The position numbers and the translations under genes were made by a program. A DNA stretch of 63,868 bases, counting the filler, from Octopus bimaculoides (Eukaryota), in assembly GCF_001194135.2 (NCBI RefSeq). It is 5 parts of 5 records of this genome, joined end to end, with 100 filler letters (N's around TTAATTAATTAA, not from the genome) between each part and the next. Parts side by side here need not be neighbours in the genome. Positions count along the whole stretch, not along the records: positions 1 to 31,192 come from NC_068981.1; positions 31,293 to 54,488 come from NC_068991.1; 3 more parts are not named here. The stretch is one strand, 5' to 3'. Below the pieces are notes generated by a model. The model searched no databases and was not told the DNA's origin. It worked only from the letters and a program-made list of their open reading frames with translations. Position 1 is the stretch's first letter. Each line of letters starts with the position of its first letter. Shown one piece after another: positions 25,548 to 39,189 of this stretch.

Positions 25548-27499
25548 CATTTAAAGCAAAGGATTTAGAAAATGGCACATTTTTGGTTGCTTCATCGATT
25601 CATTTGTTTCATTTAGTAAAAGTCTGAGTACTGACTGAATAAATCACCACTTGAAAAGAATAAGCTCTAATACTACATATTTTGAGTACCTTTCTATTTG
25701 TTATATTTCCGGATCCGTTCTACGCACAAAAGCAGATGTCCAAGAAGACTTCACAAGTCACCAATACATATAAACTGAACGATGTGTGCCGAACAGATTC
25801 ATCGTCTGTAGATTTTATTGGGAGCCATTAAGGCCCCTTCACTCTTCCACGTATGTATTAATGGTCTACAGGCAGACACCCTCAATTGTATAATCTTCCC
25901 TATGGATAACATCAACAGAAATTTCTACATTTGGTTACGCAGATTTTACTTGATTTCCTATCGAGTCCAACCTAGCCTTTTAACATTCTGGGATTGACAA
26001 AATAAAATATCAGTAAAGTACTTAAAGTACAAGATTAAAATCAAGTGATTCACTTTTTCCTTAAAAGTTTGTGGACTTGTGCCTATGTTAGAAACAATTA
26101 TTTGAGGGTGGCAGATGGGCAGAATTTGTAAAATACCAAGCGGATAGTGCTTTTTAGAGAGACAGGATTCACGTAGCATAATTAGGGTTGAAATGCCTAA
26201 TTCAGCTGGCGATGTATAAATGGAGGATTTATACAAATATCGTTGCCAGACTTTTAATTAGCCAATAACGTTAGATTTTTTCGTTGATTTTAGAAGCAGG
26301 CGATAGGCCAATACGTCCTCAATATCTATTAGATAACAGTAACATCAAAATTTTTGGATTATATTCAAATATGTCATGAGAGAGAGAGAGAGAGAAATAT
26401 ATATATATAGAGAGCGCGAGGAGAAAGAATGAAAGAAAAAGAGAGTGAGAGAGCTGTGTGATGGAAAAATATAATGCTGTAAGAGAAAACGTTAAATCAG
26501 TGAGGATAAGGAAAATGTCTGAATCAAGTACCGTGATATTTTCCTCATTGTGCAACTGGTAGGCGATTCAGGTGATCGGGGTGGCTTGAAACGAACGTGA
26601 TATCTATATGCGTAATATTTGAGTTCTGTGAGTAATATTTGAGTTCTGTAAGACATTCAGACATAATGTTTGAATGAAATAATTTCGTTGAAAGAAATGA
26701 AATAGCAAACTTGAATCACTACAAGCTCTTCCAGCCAAGAAAACGCTCCACTTTGATGAATTAGAGAATGATAAAGTGCATAGTTTACTTATGAAGCGAA
26801 ATTCACATGATGGTAAATAATGAAATAGTTATGAGAAAATTACGGCGTAAAACAAAGCAAAAGAGCTGAGGATTTTACCAGTAAAATAACGTGAAATGAT
26901 TTATTTTATTTAAATGGTGATGAGAAGTACATGATATGCAGATTTACTTTGTATCTTAATAAGAAAATTATCGAATGTTTTAACCTTTTACTGGTTTCTG
27001 TCTCAAATAGTATAAAATTGATGGATCACAAACAGTAGAAAAATGACCATACAATAATCATATCTTGTAAAATAACAGAAGAAAATGATTTTACAAGAAA
27101 AGCTCCGGTAAATGGTCTCTAAATAAATGTTCATTCTTAGCGTTTTGAACAGAATCAATAATTCTTAAATTATAAAACTAATCTAATAATGTACATAGCT
27201 ATTACGAAGTTTTACAACTTAAAATGTATCTATTCACCATAGCTCAAAGCAAAAATCAATATATAGTCTATTTAGTTATCTCTCTAAAAAGGGCTTTTTG
27301 CTTACCATTGCTAAGGCGACTAGCATATGTTTCCACGGAATTTTGTACAAAGAAAACGAACTCAATGTTAGCGCTTAATATAGTGGAAAACATCCAATGC
27401 TTCAAGCTTAGAGACAACGTGCTTCGAATATTACTTTACAATGTAAAAAGGAAAAGCAAAATGGCTGCCAAATTCATTGGCCGATGATGTCTATCATCA

Positions 27500-27500
27500 A

Positions 27501-27566
<66 letters not shown>
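27500..27566. repeat. (CAT)n to (CAG)n microsatellite
   Basis: Direct reading. Confidence 0.95.
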
Positions 27567-28346
27567 TGGTGTTCTTTATCTTATGATTATTTTTATTTTC
27601 GTTGCAGGTATTGTGTTGTTGTATGTTGATTTTTCTATTTTTAATTGGTAAGTGGTTTCGTTTTATTTTCAAATCAGAATGCTTGTTTTCAGAGATAATG
27701 GAAAACTGGTAATGGAATAGTGATAATAACTTGATAGATTTTTTAAACAATTTAGAAGATATTAAGACTGATACACACACACACACACACATGTGCGCGT
27801 GCACACTCACCCATATGTATGTGTGTTTATGTGTGGTTGTGTGTATGTATATATGCATGAAGACATACACACAGACAACACCATCGAACACATATACATA
27901 CATATATACATATAGGAAGGAAAGAGAAAATGGAAGGGGTGAAATGGTGATAGTGGAGAGAAATACAGACATAAAATAAAATGTGTGAGCAGCAATATCT
28001 ATTGAAGTTGTATTTGAGTCAACATATGTTTGGAGGAAAATCAATCTGAATGACTGAGAAACTGCAATATGTCACATGAAAAGAAAACTATATAGACTGA
28101 CAAACAAAATGATACACCCCCACACAGACACCCACCCACATATACACACATACGCATGCGCGCACACACACGTACACATACACGCAGTTACATATATAGT
28201 GATGGAGAGATTACGTAGATATATAATTTGCAATGTGTTTAAAAGTATACCTTTAATTTAACATAACAACTACGAACTTGTCTTGCTCTGAATTCTAAAC
28301 GAATGAAAATACATTTATTCATTTGTGGGTGGAAATACTGGGATCT

Positions 28347-28387
28347 TTCTAACAGGTTTCGATTCATATTGGAGTCTCATCAGAGAA
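28347..28387 (-). ncRNA. Minimal type-I hammerhead motif
   Basis: Minus strand: UUCU-CUGAUGA-GACUC/GAAUC (4 of 5 pairs)-GAA-ACCUGU-U-AGAA (4-bp stem I). Confidence 0.58.
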
Positions 28388-28479
28388 CAATTACACTCTG
28401 TCTGTGTTGACAGAGAGAGAGACTATTAACAAATTGCACTTTATACAAACCTGTGATCAGCTAAAGTCTATAAAGTACT

Positions 28480-29235
28480 ATTTTGTCCGTTAGTAGAAAA
28501 AAAGACACTTGTTTTCTGATGAGGTTCCACATCAAAAATAAGGTCAATATAGCTCGTAGGATGAGCTCCTGGATCTTAAGAACCTTCCGGTCCAGAAAAC
28601 AAGGTGCTATCATTCCACTTTTCTTCTCCTTTGCACGGCCACACCTCGAATACTGCTGCCCCTTGTGGTCTCCCCATACAAAACAAAACAACTCGAGGAT
28701 TGAATCACCCTAGAGGGCACTCACCGAACGAATTGAAGCCATGACTGATCTTCATTACTGGGACCGCCTTAAAGCCTTGAAGCTCTACTGTCTCCAGCGC
28801 CGCCGTGAGCGGTACATCATTTGTATGATGTGGAAAATATACCGCCAGCATTGCCCAAACGACCTGAACATTAGTTTCAAGGTTCATCCAACGCTGGGAC
28901 CACGGGCCATACGTCCCCCGCTCAATTCAGGATCACAACATATAGGTACACTGTGGCATAATTTCCTTTCCTCAACAGGCAGGCCCTGCCCTGTTTAACA
29001 TTGTCCCGAAACAGATAAAACAGGAATAGGATCCTATCAGCTTTAAACGGAGTCTAGACAGTTTTCTTCAAAGAATACCAGACAAGCCACCCATACCTGG
29101 ATGCAACTCCCTTAATAAGAACTCACTACTTGAATGGACCATAGACCAAACTTGACTGTAAAAAGGATTTAGATAATCCTATCAGGTGGTGCTATTAAGT
29201 TAGACATGGCCTGGACCAATCTTTGGTCGAAACAT
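28480..29235 (+). mobile_element. 3' end of a CR1-group LINE
   Basis: ARRMSSWILRTFRSR, ARPHLEYCCPLWSPH, YWDRLKALKLYCLQRRRERY, FKRSLDSFLQRIPDKP; ends before an SSR and gap. Confidence 0.92.
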
Positions 29236-29278
29236 ATCTAAGTTTTATCTAAGTTTTTTATATGTATATATGTATGTA

Positions 29279-29384
<106 letters not shown>

Positions 29385-29801
29385 NNNNNNNNNNNNNNNN
29401 NNNNNNNNNNNNNNNNNNNNNNNNNNNNNNNNNNNNNNNNNNNNNNNNNNNNNNNNNNNNNNNNNNNNNNNNNNNNNNNNNNNNNNNNNNNNNNNNNNNN
29501 NNNNNNNNNNNNNNNNNNNNNNNNNNNNNNNNNNNNNNNNNNNNNNNNNNNNNNNNNNNNNNNNNNNNNNNNNNNNNNNNNNNNNNNNNNNNNNNNNNNN
29601 NNNNNNNNNNNNNNNNNNNNNNNNNNNNNNNNNNNNNNNNNNNNNNNNNNNNNNNNNNNNNNNNNNNNNNNNNNNNNNNNNNNNNNNNNNNNNNNNNNNN
29701 NNNNNNNNNNNNNNNNNNNNNNNNNNNNNNNNNNNNNNNNNNNNNNNNNNNNNNNNNNNNNNNNNNNNNNNNNNNNNNNNNNNNNNNNNNNNNNNNNNNN
29801 N

Positions 29802-29835
<34 letters not shown>

Positions 29836-29894
29836 TTATTGGCGATTTGCGGTAGAAGCAGTATTACTACCAAAATGTTATGTGATTTAGGCCT

Positions 29895-29945
29895 TGTCAA
29901 TGGTAGACGCTCGATCGCTGGAAATAGCAGCAATATCCTCACTCA
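29895..29945 (+). mobile_element. Fragment of a further interspersed repeat (family D)
   Basis: gctggaaatagcagcaatatcctcactcac is complementary to gtgatttgaggggcaagcggctgctatttctaac (43262-43300) and gatttgagagagatttggctgttttttctc (41498-41527). Confidence 0.5.
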
Positions 29946-31192
29946 CGATATACATATAATCGCAGTGCCTAATCATGTACTGGTCGCAAATAGCCAATTG
30001 TCTTATTAAAAATTATTTTTCAGCAACAAAAGCAATATCAATACTAAAACGGTCATACGTCTCCAACGACCAGAACATCAGCCATTGATAAGGCCAGGGA
30101 AGGCCGAAATCTGTGGCAACACAAGCCCATATGAGAGGTTCCTTCATAGTAAATATCTCAATATTCCGTGATCTAACACAGCGTCTACATTGAAATGGAG
30201 ATAAATATTAAGCTTTGGAATTAACACTGTTTCTGTCTCAAATAATTTCTATTAGAAATTTATGAAACTATAGCTTTTATTTCTAACCGATTAAACTGCC
30301 TGTATAAAATTTGATGTTTGGTTCTGCCTTCGATACCACTGCTAATAAGTCAGAAAGTTGAAATGCTATGTGGATCATGTAGTTTGCTTGAAGATGGTTT
30401 GATTCAGTGTAATAGTAGCTTTGAAAATATCTATAGGAGCAGACATGCGAGATGGAAACTCTACTTCCTATATAAGAAGCTTGGTGAATTTTGATGATAA
30501 TAGTGAAGATCAAGTAGGTATAAGTTAAAATGAATAAGTAGACGCAAAGGATCCCTTGATATACACAGTTTTATAAATAGCAGTAACGTGTAGAACTAAT
30601 TTTAAAGAAACACCTTAAAATATTAAGTGTTGAATCCCGCTGATAATTAAATTCTGCGTACCCAAGTGACCACTGACACCTGACCACCACTCAAAGCATA
30701 CTACTATAACAGACTTATTCTATATGTGTTACTTTAAATCGAAATAAATTGTAACAGTAAAATTTGATTTTTTCAGTAGCGTGATACTTCTATAAAAATT
30801 CGCCTGGATGGTGCTTAAAAATAAAATCCAGTTGATACAATATATAAACTATAAAAGTATAAGAAAATATTGAGTTCTAAGTAATACAACTGGTCTCAGA
30901 GGTTATCTAGGTTATCGCTCGTTGACGGTGTAAAGGAAATAAGGGCAATGAGTGTTTCTAAATTAGCTAAAAGCTGTATTTGCTGTAGAAACAGTTGCTA
31001 TTGGCTCAAAAAATTTGCAATATTCTGTTTATTTCTTTCTCACACATTTAGTTAAGATAAGAAAACCCACAGGATTCCATTGTGTGAGTCAACAGTCTAG
31101 GGTCGATGAAATATTACACCAATAGCAAAAATGTCTCGGTGAGTGGCAAGGTGTAACGAAAACGGTGTCATATATATATATATATATATATA

Positions 31193-31292
31193 NNNNNNNN
31201 NNNNNNNNNNNNNNNNNNNNNNNNNNNNNNNNNNNNTTAATTAATTAANNNNNNNNNNNNNNNNNNNNNNNNNNNNNNNNNNNNNNNNNNNN
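31193..31292. other. Assembly gap spacer: 44 N + TTAATTAATTAA + 44 N
   Basis: Identical 100-nt construct also at 54489-54588, 56653-56752 and 62421-62520; the 12-mer has stop codons in all six frames. Confidence 0.95.
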
Positions 31293-31327
<35 letters not shown>

Positions 31328-31435
31328 CAAAATTTCTATTTTGTTTTTCATTCATTCACTTGTGTAGATTTCAAAAGAAAGTGTTTCGGTGTCCGGGAAC
31401 ATGTTGAACTATGTGAAACATAAGAGAAAGAAACC

Positions 31436-31592
31436 TAGTGGTTTCTTGCGACAAATACAATTAAAGTAAAGTTTTGTCATGAACCATTGAAATATTAGTG
31501 TGGATCCCCAGTTTACTATTTTGCTCGCATGAACTCCCAACATTTTTATATGGACTCCTAGGGGTCACATGGACCCTGGTGGAGAACCACTG
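31436..31592. mobile_element. Probable short hAT-like MITE remnant
   Basis: Ends ...ggaccctggtggagaaccactg followed by gtctaaag (Charlie-like target); left end tagtggtttc is a degenerate TIR; TSD not preserved. Confidence 0.45.
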
Positions 31593-31714
31593 GTCTAAAG
31601 AAAGGCAACATTCTCTGATGACGAAAGACAACAGCGTTCAGATAATCATATTCCTATTTGCCAGAACGTTTTAAGAATGAATACATACTGTTAATAGTCA
31701 CTGAGCATAAGTCA

Positions 31715-31938
31715 GTGAGTTGGCAGAATAGTTAGCATCCCGGACAAAATACTAATTATTTCATTTGTTTTTATATTTTGAGTTCAAATTCCGCCAAGAT
31801 CCATTTTTTTTTTTTTTTTTTTTTGCCTTTTATCTTTCATAGTCAATAAAATAAGTACTAGTCGAACATTGGGGTCGGTGTAATCGACTTACCCTCTCCT
31901 CCGAACTAGCTGGTCTTGTATTAAAATTTGAAACCAAT
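31715..31938 (+). mobile_element. SINE family A (poly-T expansion inside)
   Basis: ggcagaatagttagca...gagttcaaattccgcc...ggggtcggtgtaatcgactt. Confidence 0.88.
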
Positions 31939-32561
31939 ATTCAATGTTTATTGCATTGTATTTGTTATGGTGCGTATATCATCGAAATGAAAGTGAAATA
32001 TCTTTAGTTATGTGTACTTTCATTGAACATTTCACCTTTGGATGGAAGTGTAAATACGAAAATTGTACAAAATATGGGGAAACAACTTGATAAATTATCG
32101 GTTTCTAAGCTCTATTGACTTTTCGCGCTTCTGGTATTTTTTATTTTGTCTTTTTTCTAGTTTCATTATATGAAATATTGCTACTGATTTTAATTACTCT
32201 TCTATTTTATTATTCAATTCTTTTTTCTTTTTTTTTGCCTTTAGTGTTTATAATATTGCTGCTAAATTTAATGACTCTTGTACAAAGCTTTGAATAACCA
32301 TTTGACTTTTTGAAGCTAAAAGTAATTTTAGAAAATTAAATTTCTATGTGTCATATACATCTCTGTCAAATTTTTTTCCACAAAACAATATTTCCCAAGA
32401 TATATAGATGCCGTTCTGTTAAAATGTCAGTTCTTGGTCTCATACTATTTAGATGAATATATGTTGGGAGGATTATTTAGAAATGTGGCTCTGGTGTCCA
32501 TAGAAACATTTTTAACATACCATAAGTATATTAGATCCAGCTTAATCTAGAAGCATGGAAT

Positions 32562-32770
32562 TTTGTTCCCATCCAAAACCATTTGACAACTATTGTTAGT
32601 TTGTTTGCGCCCCAGTAAAGAAGTGGTTCTGCAAAAAATATGTACGATAACGTAAGTACAAGCTTTTAAAAAGTAAGTACTAGGGTCGATTCGTTCGACT
32701 AAAGCTCTTCAAGGCGGTACCCCAGCAAGGCCGCAATTCAATGACTGGCACAAGCAAAAGAGAAAAGATA
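32562..32770 (+). mobile_element. 3' half of SINE family B
   Basis: ttgacaac...gtaagtactagggtcgattcgttcgactaaa...aaggcggtaccccagcaaggccgca...gcaaaagagaaaaga. Confidence 0.82.
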
Positions 32771-33347
32771 TAGTTGTGCTATACGCGAGAAAAATGAAAG
32801 TAGTGAGTAATTAAATATTTATATCAGTATAGTAGTTTCACTTTCATAAACCTTGAATTGCTGCCGTTTGTGCATTGTAATTTAAAAATGAAAAGTACTA
32901 TTACAAATACAAACGAAATATATGTCTATTCTTATATTTATACTTACTTACGTATCTGACATGTAAATATTGAGCGAAATTAGAAGATTATCCATGCTTA
33001 TTTTACGTCCTCTCCCTCGCCCTCTTTTTCTTAATGCTTTCACGCTGTCTTTTTCTGTAATGTTTTTTCACATACCTTATTTCCTTCTCTCTGTCACACA
33101 ACGTCGATGACCTTATGAGATAAATGAGGAAAAAGTGACATGTATGTAAGATCGGACAAAACAGCCCAGATACAAATAAGGCTTTCTCGGCTTTCATTGA
33201 TGATCAATCATTGATAATGAGTTACAAGACATTTTATTACATTACACAGAGTTACATCTGTATGTGTGTATAATCGTGAGCATTGTGGATGATCTGCGGA
33301 CAGATGTAGATAGGTCATCAGACGCGTACGTATATATATGTGTGTAT

Positions 33348-33434
<87 letters not shown>

Positions 33435-33575
33435 TGTGTGTGTGTGTGTGTATGTGTGTGTAGTAAAAAAAGGGAGGAAGAGAATTTTGATTATCCCCAC
33501 GTGGTGAGTTGTAATGCAAAAATATATAAGTAAAATAAAAGAAGGAAAATGCACACAGTTTACATAGTTTTAATG

Positions 33576-34249
33576 TATTTTAAATGAAAGAGTATTGTGG
33601 TTATCGACCGGTTTCGCTTTCACTAATCATGACACTGAAATTATAGTAACTTCGTATTTTCTTTAGATTTTAGTACATATTCTTGTATGAAAGTTTGTGA
33701 ATCAATCACGTAGATCTAATGGGAGATGATAGGTGATAGTTATTACTCGGAACAGAGGAGGTAATTGCTGATTTTAGAGGTGGGATAAATAAATACACAA
33801 AAACTCATAAGCTAAAGTAGTGAGATGAGATATGCACAGTGATAGATATCTGATTATGAATTAAAATATATACTGAGACCAAAGTTGGTTGTGTGTTCAT
33901 ATTTAGACGTGTTCTGTATTTTTCGATAAATAATTCTTTATTTATATAAACTTTCTTATACTGAAATTGTTTCTTTGCACTGGTAGATGGGAAAAACTGT
34001 AATTTGGCTGGAGATACCCTGTGTTTATTTATACCACCCTAGAAATAAGCAATTACCTCCCCTGTCCCGAGAAATAACTATCATCAATTATCTCCCCCTT
34101 AGATCTACTTGTTGATTCATTCACAAACTTTCATACTAGAACATAGACTAAAATCTTGTAAAGAAAATACGAAATTACAATAATTTCAGTGTCAGGATTC
34201 GCGAAAGCGAAACCGGTATGACAACCACAATACACTTTCATTTAAAATA
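33576..34249. mobile_element. MITE/foldback element with ~225-bp TIRs
   Basis: 33576-33798 is the reverse complement of 34021-34249 (tattttaaatgaaag.gtattgtggtt...ccggtttcgcttt...tgacactgaaattat...gtagatctaa...ggaggtaattgct); ~220-bp non-coding spacer. Confidence 0.88.
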
Positions 34250-34310
34250 TATCGATCCTATGTAAACCGTGTGCACTTTCCTTCTTTTATTTCGTGTGTG
34301 TGTGTGGAGA

Positions 34311-34435
34311 GAGAGAGACAGACAGACAGATAGACAGACAGACAGATAGACAGACAGACAGATAGACAGACAGACAGATAGACAGACAGACAGACAGATA
34401 GACAGACAGATAGACAGACAGACGAGAAGATAGAT
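34311..34435. repeat. (GACA)/(GATA)n microsatellite
   Basis: Direct reading. Confidence 0.95.
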
Positions 34436-35265
34436 ACGTACATACATGCATAATGATATGAATGTAATTTACGATCTGTGAATGTAATCTATTGACAGAT
34501 TAAAGAACTCTGTTTTTGTATGTTTGACCTACTTTCTCTGTCTCTCTACCTATTTATCTGCCTATCTATCTATATGTCTACTAATTTTTCTCACACATAC
34601 ACTCACTCTCGTTGTTTCTCTTAATCACACTTTTAACTTCCTACTTCATAAAGAAACGGCGCCTATACGTTTTCCCTATTTCTCTGTCGGACTCTTATTC
34701 TTTCCTTATCTTCTCTTCCTTCATCGTTATAGTTGTCCATCATGGACCTCTTTGATTTGTTTCAGAGGAAACACAGACAAACAACTACTACAAATTCATG
34801 TAAACATTACAGCATTTTCTGCAATGGCTACCTAATCTATGCAGTGCAGCCCTACTATTATTTTGCATACACAAAACACATGGGATCATAAAGCCTTAAG
34901 TGCCAATAAATTGCTCTTGTTTGATTAATTGATCACTTGTTTTATTTAAAACATCGGTCCTCAGATGTTTATGTTTGGAACATCAAACATTAAGAATGCG
35001 CTTGTTTTTTCCTAAAGTAAAAACTAATTAGATTTAGGGGATTTACAACTGCAACCTAGTCCTTTAATGTGTGCTCTACCGAATATAAAACGTCATTATG
35101 TTTGTATATGAACATATTTCCTTTACGTTTGATGTGTATAAATATTTTGTTTTGTAATTGTAATTACATTTTGATTCTTAATAAACTGAATAACATTATC
35201 AATTTTCCGCAAATGAAAACGAACAATTAACTAATGATTTCATTATTGAATGCAGATTATTATTA

Positions 35266-36738
35266 CACTGGGGAACAATTTTGAACATAATTTCCGTTGA
35301 GTTCAATTTTTCACTTGATTTAGACTAAAAGGGCCATCCTGATTTCAAAACCACTATCAGTTTACTTCTATCACATCAAGTTTTTTATTTTTTTATTTTT
35401 CAGCTTACTCTTTGAATGAGCTCAATTGTATTGTTGGTCAGTTGACTGTCTTTATTATTTTATTGATGGGGTGTGAGAATGAATTTTTCAGAGCTGGTGA
35501 TTTTAGGTTGAGTTTTGAAAAGAATAGCAGCCTATAGTCAGTTTCAAATTACCCGCCAAAACATACATCACGATTACTGACCAATCAGATGCTGACTTGG
35601 TTGTAGGATACATGAAATTGCATGAATGTGGCCGAGATATGGGGTGACAAGAACTGTAGTGGAGAGGATTCGAAGTTAGGAGGCCAGGGAACAGATTTGT
35701 TTAGTGGAGGAGAGATGGCAAGGCCTTGAAGAGAGTGAACTGTTGGTTTGAAGTGTGGAGGTATTCTGTCCTAGGGTCTGAGGCTTAAGTTTCTACTCTA
35801 CTCTTTTTCCTTATGAATGTATTTGTGATTGTATATGTATGTATATTCATTTCTGGATGCATATCCATACACATTTAAGTGGAATATACATATTTAATTG
35901 CGATACTAGTTACAGGCCACTGTAACTTCACTATCAAGGTAATTATTGATGTATTCTGCGAATGATACATAGAAGTCTGTATGCAAGGGATTAGAAGACC
36001 TGATGTAAGCTTTTTTTCTACGCCTCAGACTGTTCAATTTAATTTTTATTCCCATAATTATTTCCTTTCTTTCTGGTCATATCTCCTCCTGCTACTTCTC
36101 ATCGCAAGTGCCTAAACAGCCTTGATTCCTTTTGCTATACTTCTGGCTGTTTCACCATTCCCACGAAAAGGGAACACATCGGCACATTTGTGAAGCCAAG
36201 CTATTTTGCATATTTTAAGTTGATGATCAAGACAAGTCTTGAGCTCCTCTTGTCTCAAGAAAATCATTGGCTGGAGAGGCACTGGCCTCCAAGATCTAAC
36301 CGCCAGCCTGGTGATCCGAACAGTGTACATGAGCCACTTGTTGACATAGAGAAAATTTTATTGTCACCACTGCACTTGAAGGTCATTGAAGAACGGTATC
36401 AGGGTTAAATTATGATGTCTGATTATTGCTGGAGCAATAAGTTGAACTGTCCAGATTGAACGCTCTGGGAAAAGCTATAAGCGTGAATTTTTGTCTTTTC
36501 TTCCACATAATTTGACCCACAGTAACAATATTCTTTGTGTAAACAAAATCAATTTTACAAACATTCTGTAAAATAAGCACAAATTTGTTAGGTGCTGTAC
36601 TTTTATGGCTTTTTAGAAAAACGAGGGTATCCTGTAGCTTAAAATACAGAAAAATGGGGTCATTTTTGAATTCAGAGGCTAAAGGTTAGTCAACAGTAAG
36701 TGTTAGATCTAATTCAACGAAAACTGGGTTCCTCAGTG
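35266..36738 (+). mobile_element. Internally deleted DNA transposon, Chapaev-3-like (CMC)
   Basis: Termini cactggggaac / gttcctcagtg with tta on both sides (3-bp TSD); relic HWLERHWPPRSNRQPGDPNSVHEPLVDIEKILLSPLHLK joined to VIEERYQG..MMSDYCWS. The superfamily name is from recollection of CAC termini plus TWA TSD. Confidence 0.78.
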
Positions 36739-36757
36739 TTATCATTAACCAGTTAAA

Positions 36758-36972
36758 GAGGGTGAGCTTACTGAATCTGAAGCTGGACATTTCGTCAGTC
36801 TTTAGGTCCTGGGTCCTGAGTCTTTAGGTCTTGAGTTCAAATTCCACCAAGGTCGACTTTACTTTCTAGGTCGATAAAATAAATACCAGCCAAGTACATG
36901 GATCGATGTAATAGACTTTTACTCTCCCCTCAAAAAGTACTGACCTTGTGACAAAGTTCGAAATGATTATTA
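36758..36972 (+). mobile_element. SINE family A (with a small internal duplication)
   Basis: gagttcaaattccaccaaggtcgact...gtcgataaaataaataccag; gtctttaggtc occurs twice. Confidence 0.85.
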
Positions 36973-39189
36973 TTAACTAGCTTCACTAAATGAATTTTAT
37001 TTTCTACCTTCATGAATGTTGCTGCAAAGATGGGATTTTGGAACGTCGGAACGTCTATCTTAATGTCTCAGATGGAGGGAAGGTCAACGTTTGGATATTA
37101 TTTCACTTTTTAAAACAATATTGTGTTTTTACATTATATTCAATACTAGTGATATTTAGGCTAGATGAGCTGTAATAAACATTAGCCAGGAAGATTGTAG
37201 CACTAGATAAACCCTCACAGAAAGAAATGATGAAATGATTTTCAGATACACGGAAAATCGATTTTAAAAAATATATGCAGATCTAAACTGAAAAATACAA
37301 TGAAAGAGATAATACACTCGCAAGCACAATGTGACTGATGTGCACACATGCGCACGCATACATTTTCTCACATACACATGCTCACACACACATACACACA
37401 TGAACATACGCACACCTACACATGCAGACAGAAGCATTGATATTTTGCCAAAGGACGCAATAAAATTTTAGTGAACAACTGGAAGAAAAAGTAAGCAACT
37501 CATTCCCGAACATTGTTAGTAATTATGTATCAGAGAAAAAGTCTATATGATAGATGTTGGTGACTACATTAAGAGCATCCCCTCACCTTTTAAAAGAGCG
37601 ACAACAAAAGAAGAATACATACTTCTGCATCTCTAAAAACACCGGTGGTTACTTCATTGGATGGAGCAGATATTATGCGAGAGAATGCCTGGTTTACCAA
37701 GCTAAGGAGAAACAAAGTTGATCTGGGTTATCATTCACTTATCCATGGACTAGTGTTACAATTTATGAAAGGATACAATGCAAGCATCATGGAGAAGGCT
37801 GTTGTCGATGATGTTCATTTCTGACTCGTAATAACGGTAGAGCAAGTGGTGAACGCAGAAGCTAGAAATGAGATTTTATCCTGATGACGGACGTGTATGG
37901 ACATCTGAGTCCTTGTGATCCCGATTACTACATGGCCATTTCGGAGCTATGCTCCGTCGGTATAGATAGAAAAGCAACGGGACTGGTGGTGTAGGCTGGC
38001 TTTACGGACTATTTAATGGCTTCATGTCACGAAGAACTTGAAAAATAAATTAGAGAATCGTAGAAACAGCGGTAACAACAACATCAGTAACATCGGCAGG
38101 ACACTGAGGACCTATTTTTCACAGCACCAGCAGTTAAAAATTCAGGAAACAACGAATAGATCACCGTTCTTAATCCCAAAACGAACGAAAAGGAGAATCC
38201 TTAGTTTGACCATAACTCCCTGTACAATCCAATCTTACTGCAGGACAAAAATACTATCTTCAGAGCAGCGTCAGTTAAATCTCAAGGAACAACAGAAAAT
38301 ATCACTGTTTGATATCCCAGAATCCGATGATAAGAGCAGCCTTCACGTCAACCAAAACCCTATGTGCTACCCAATCATCTTCTGACAATGAAGAAAGGAT
38401 GGACAATGAAATGTGATTGCATTGTATCGAAGGCAGTGGAAAGGCTAAAACAAATAAGTAAAGAGCTTCCCATAATTACATTGTACCCTAAACGATGATG
38501 AGGAGATGTATGTGGTGAAGTTCATCTCTTCGTGGAAAAGTATGAAGTTTACTATCCTTTGAATATCAAACGACCGACTGTTCTACAACATAAACGACTT
38601 GCGAAAATATCTAGGAAAAGCTCTCGCAAAGAGGTTGCACCCAGTTATGTCTAGTATGCAAGATATAGACTACTGGTAAACAACAGGTTTCTGGGTAATG
38701 AACAGATTTACATTATTTACCAATAGAACATTTGACTTACCTCAAAAACTCCGGTATCGGAGACGTACACGCGTGTTTTCTGAGCAGACCAACGTCTGTA
38801 ATTGAATGTGGGACGCATGGAAAGGAAAGTGAAAAAATCTCAGAATGACCCGATTACATCCATACACAACCTCTCAACCGAATGTTCGTGGGAGGCTTCA
38901 GTTGTTCATTTATTTATATTTTCTTTATAGTATTTGTATTGGTTTTTCTCTATATTTTTATTTATGTGTATGTTTAAATTTTTATCTATTTATATTTATA
39001 TGTATATATACGTATCCAATTAATTATTATTTTGTGTAATTAAAAGAATATTTTTCTCGATCTTTTGACAACACTTATTGCTAATAAAGAAAGCATATTC
39101 ATCATAGTCATCATTATTATCATCATCATCATCATCATCATCATCACGATAATCATCACTATCATCATTATCATCATCATTTTATTTTT

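Noticed and set aside
31237-31248. TTAATTAATTAA as a biological motif (four occurrences)
   Set aside because: Always centred in exactly 44+44 N; an artificial six-frame-stop gap spacer.
31615-31626. CTGATGACGAAA as a hammerhead
   Set aside because: No stem II, stem III or stem I pairing.
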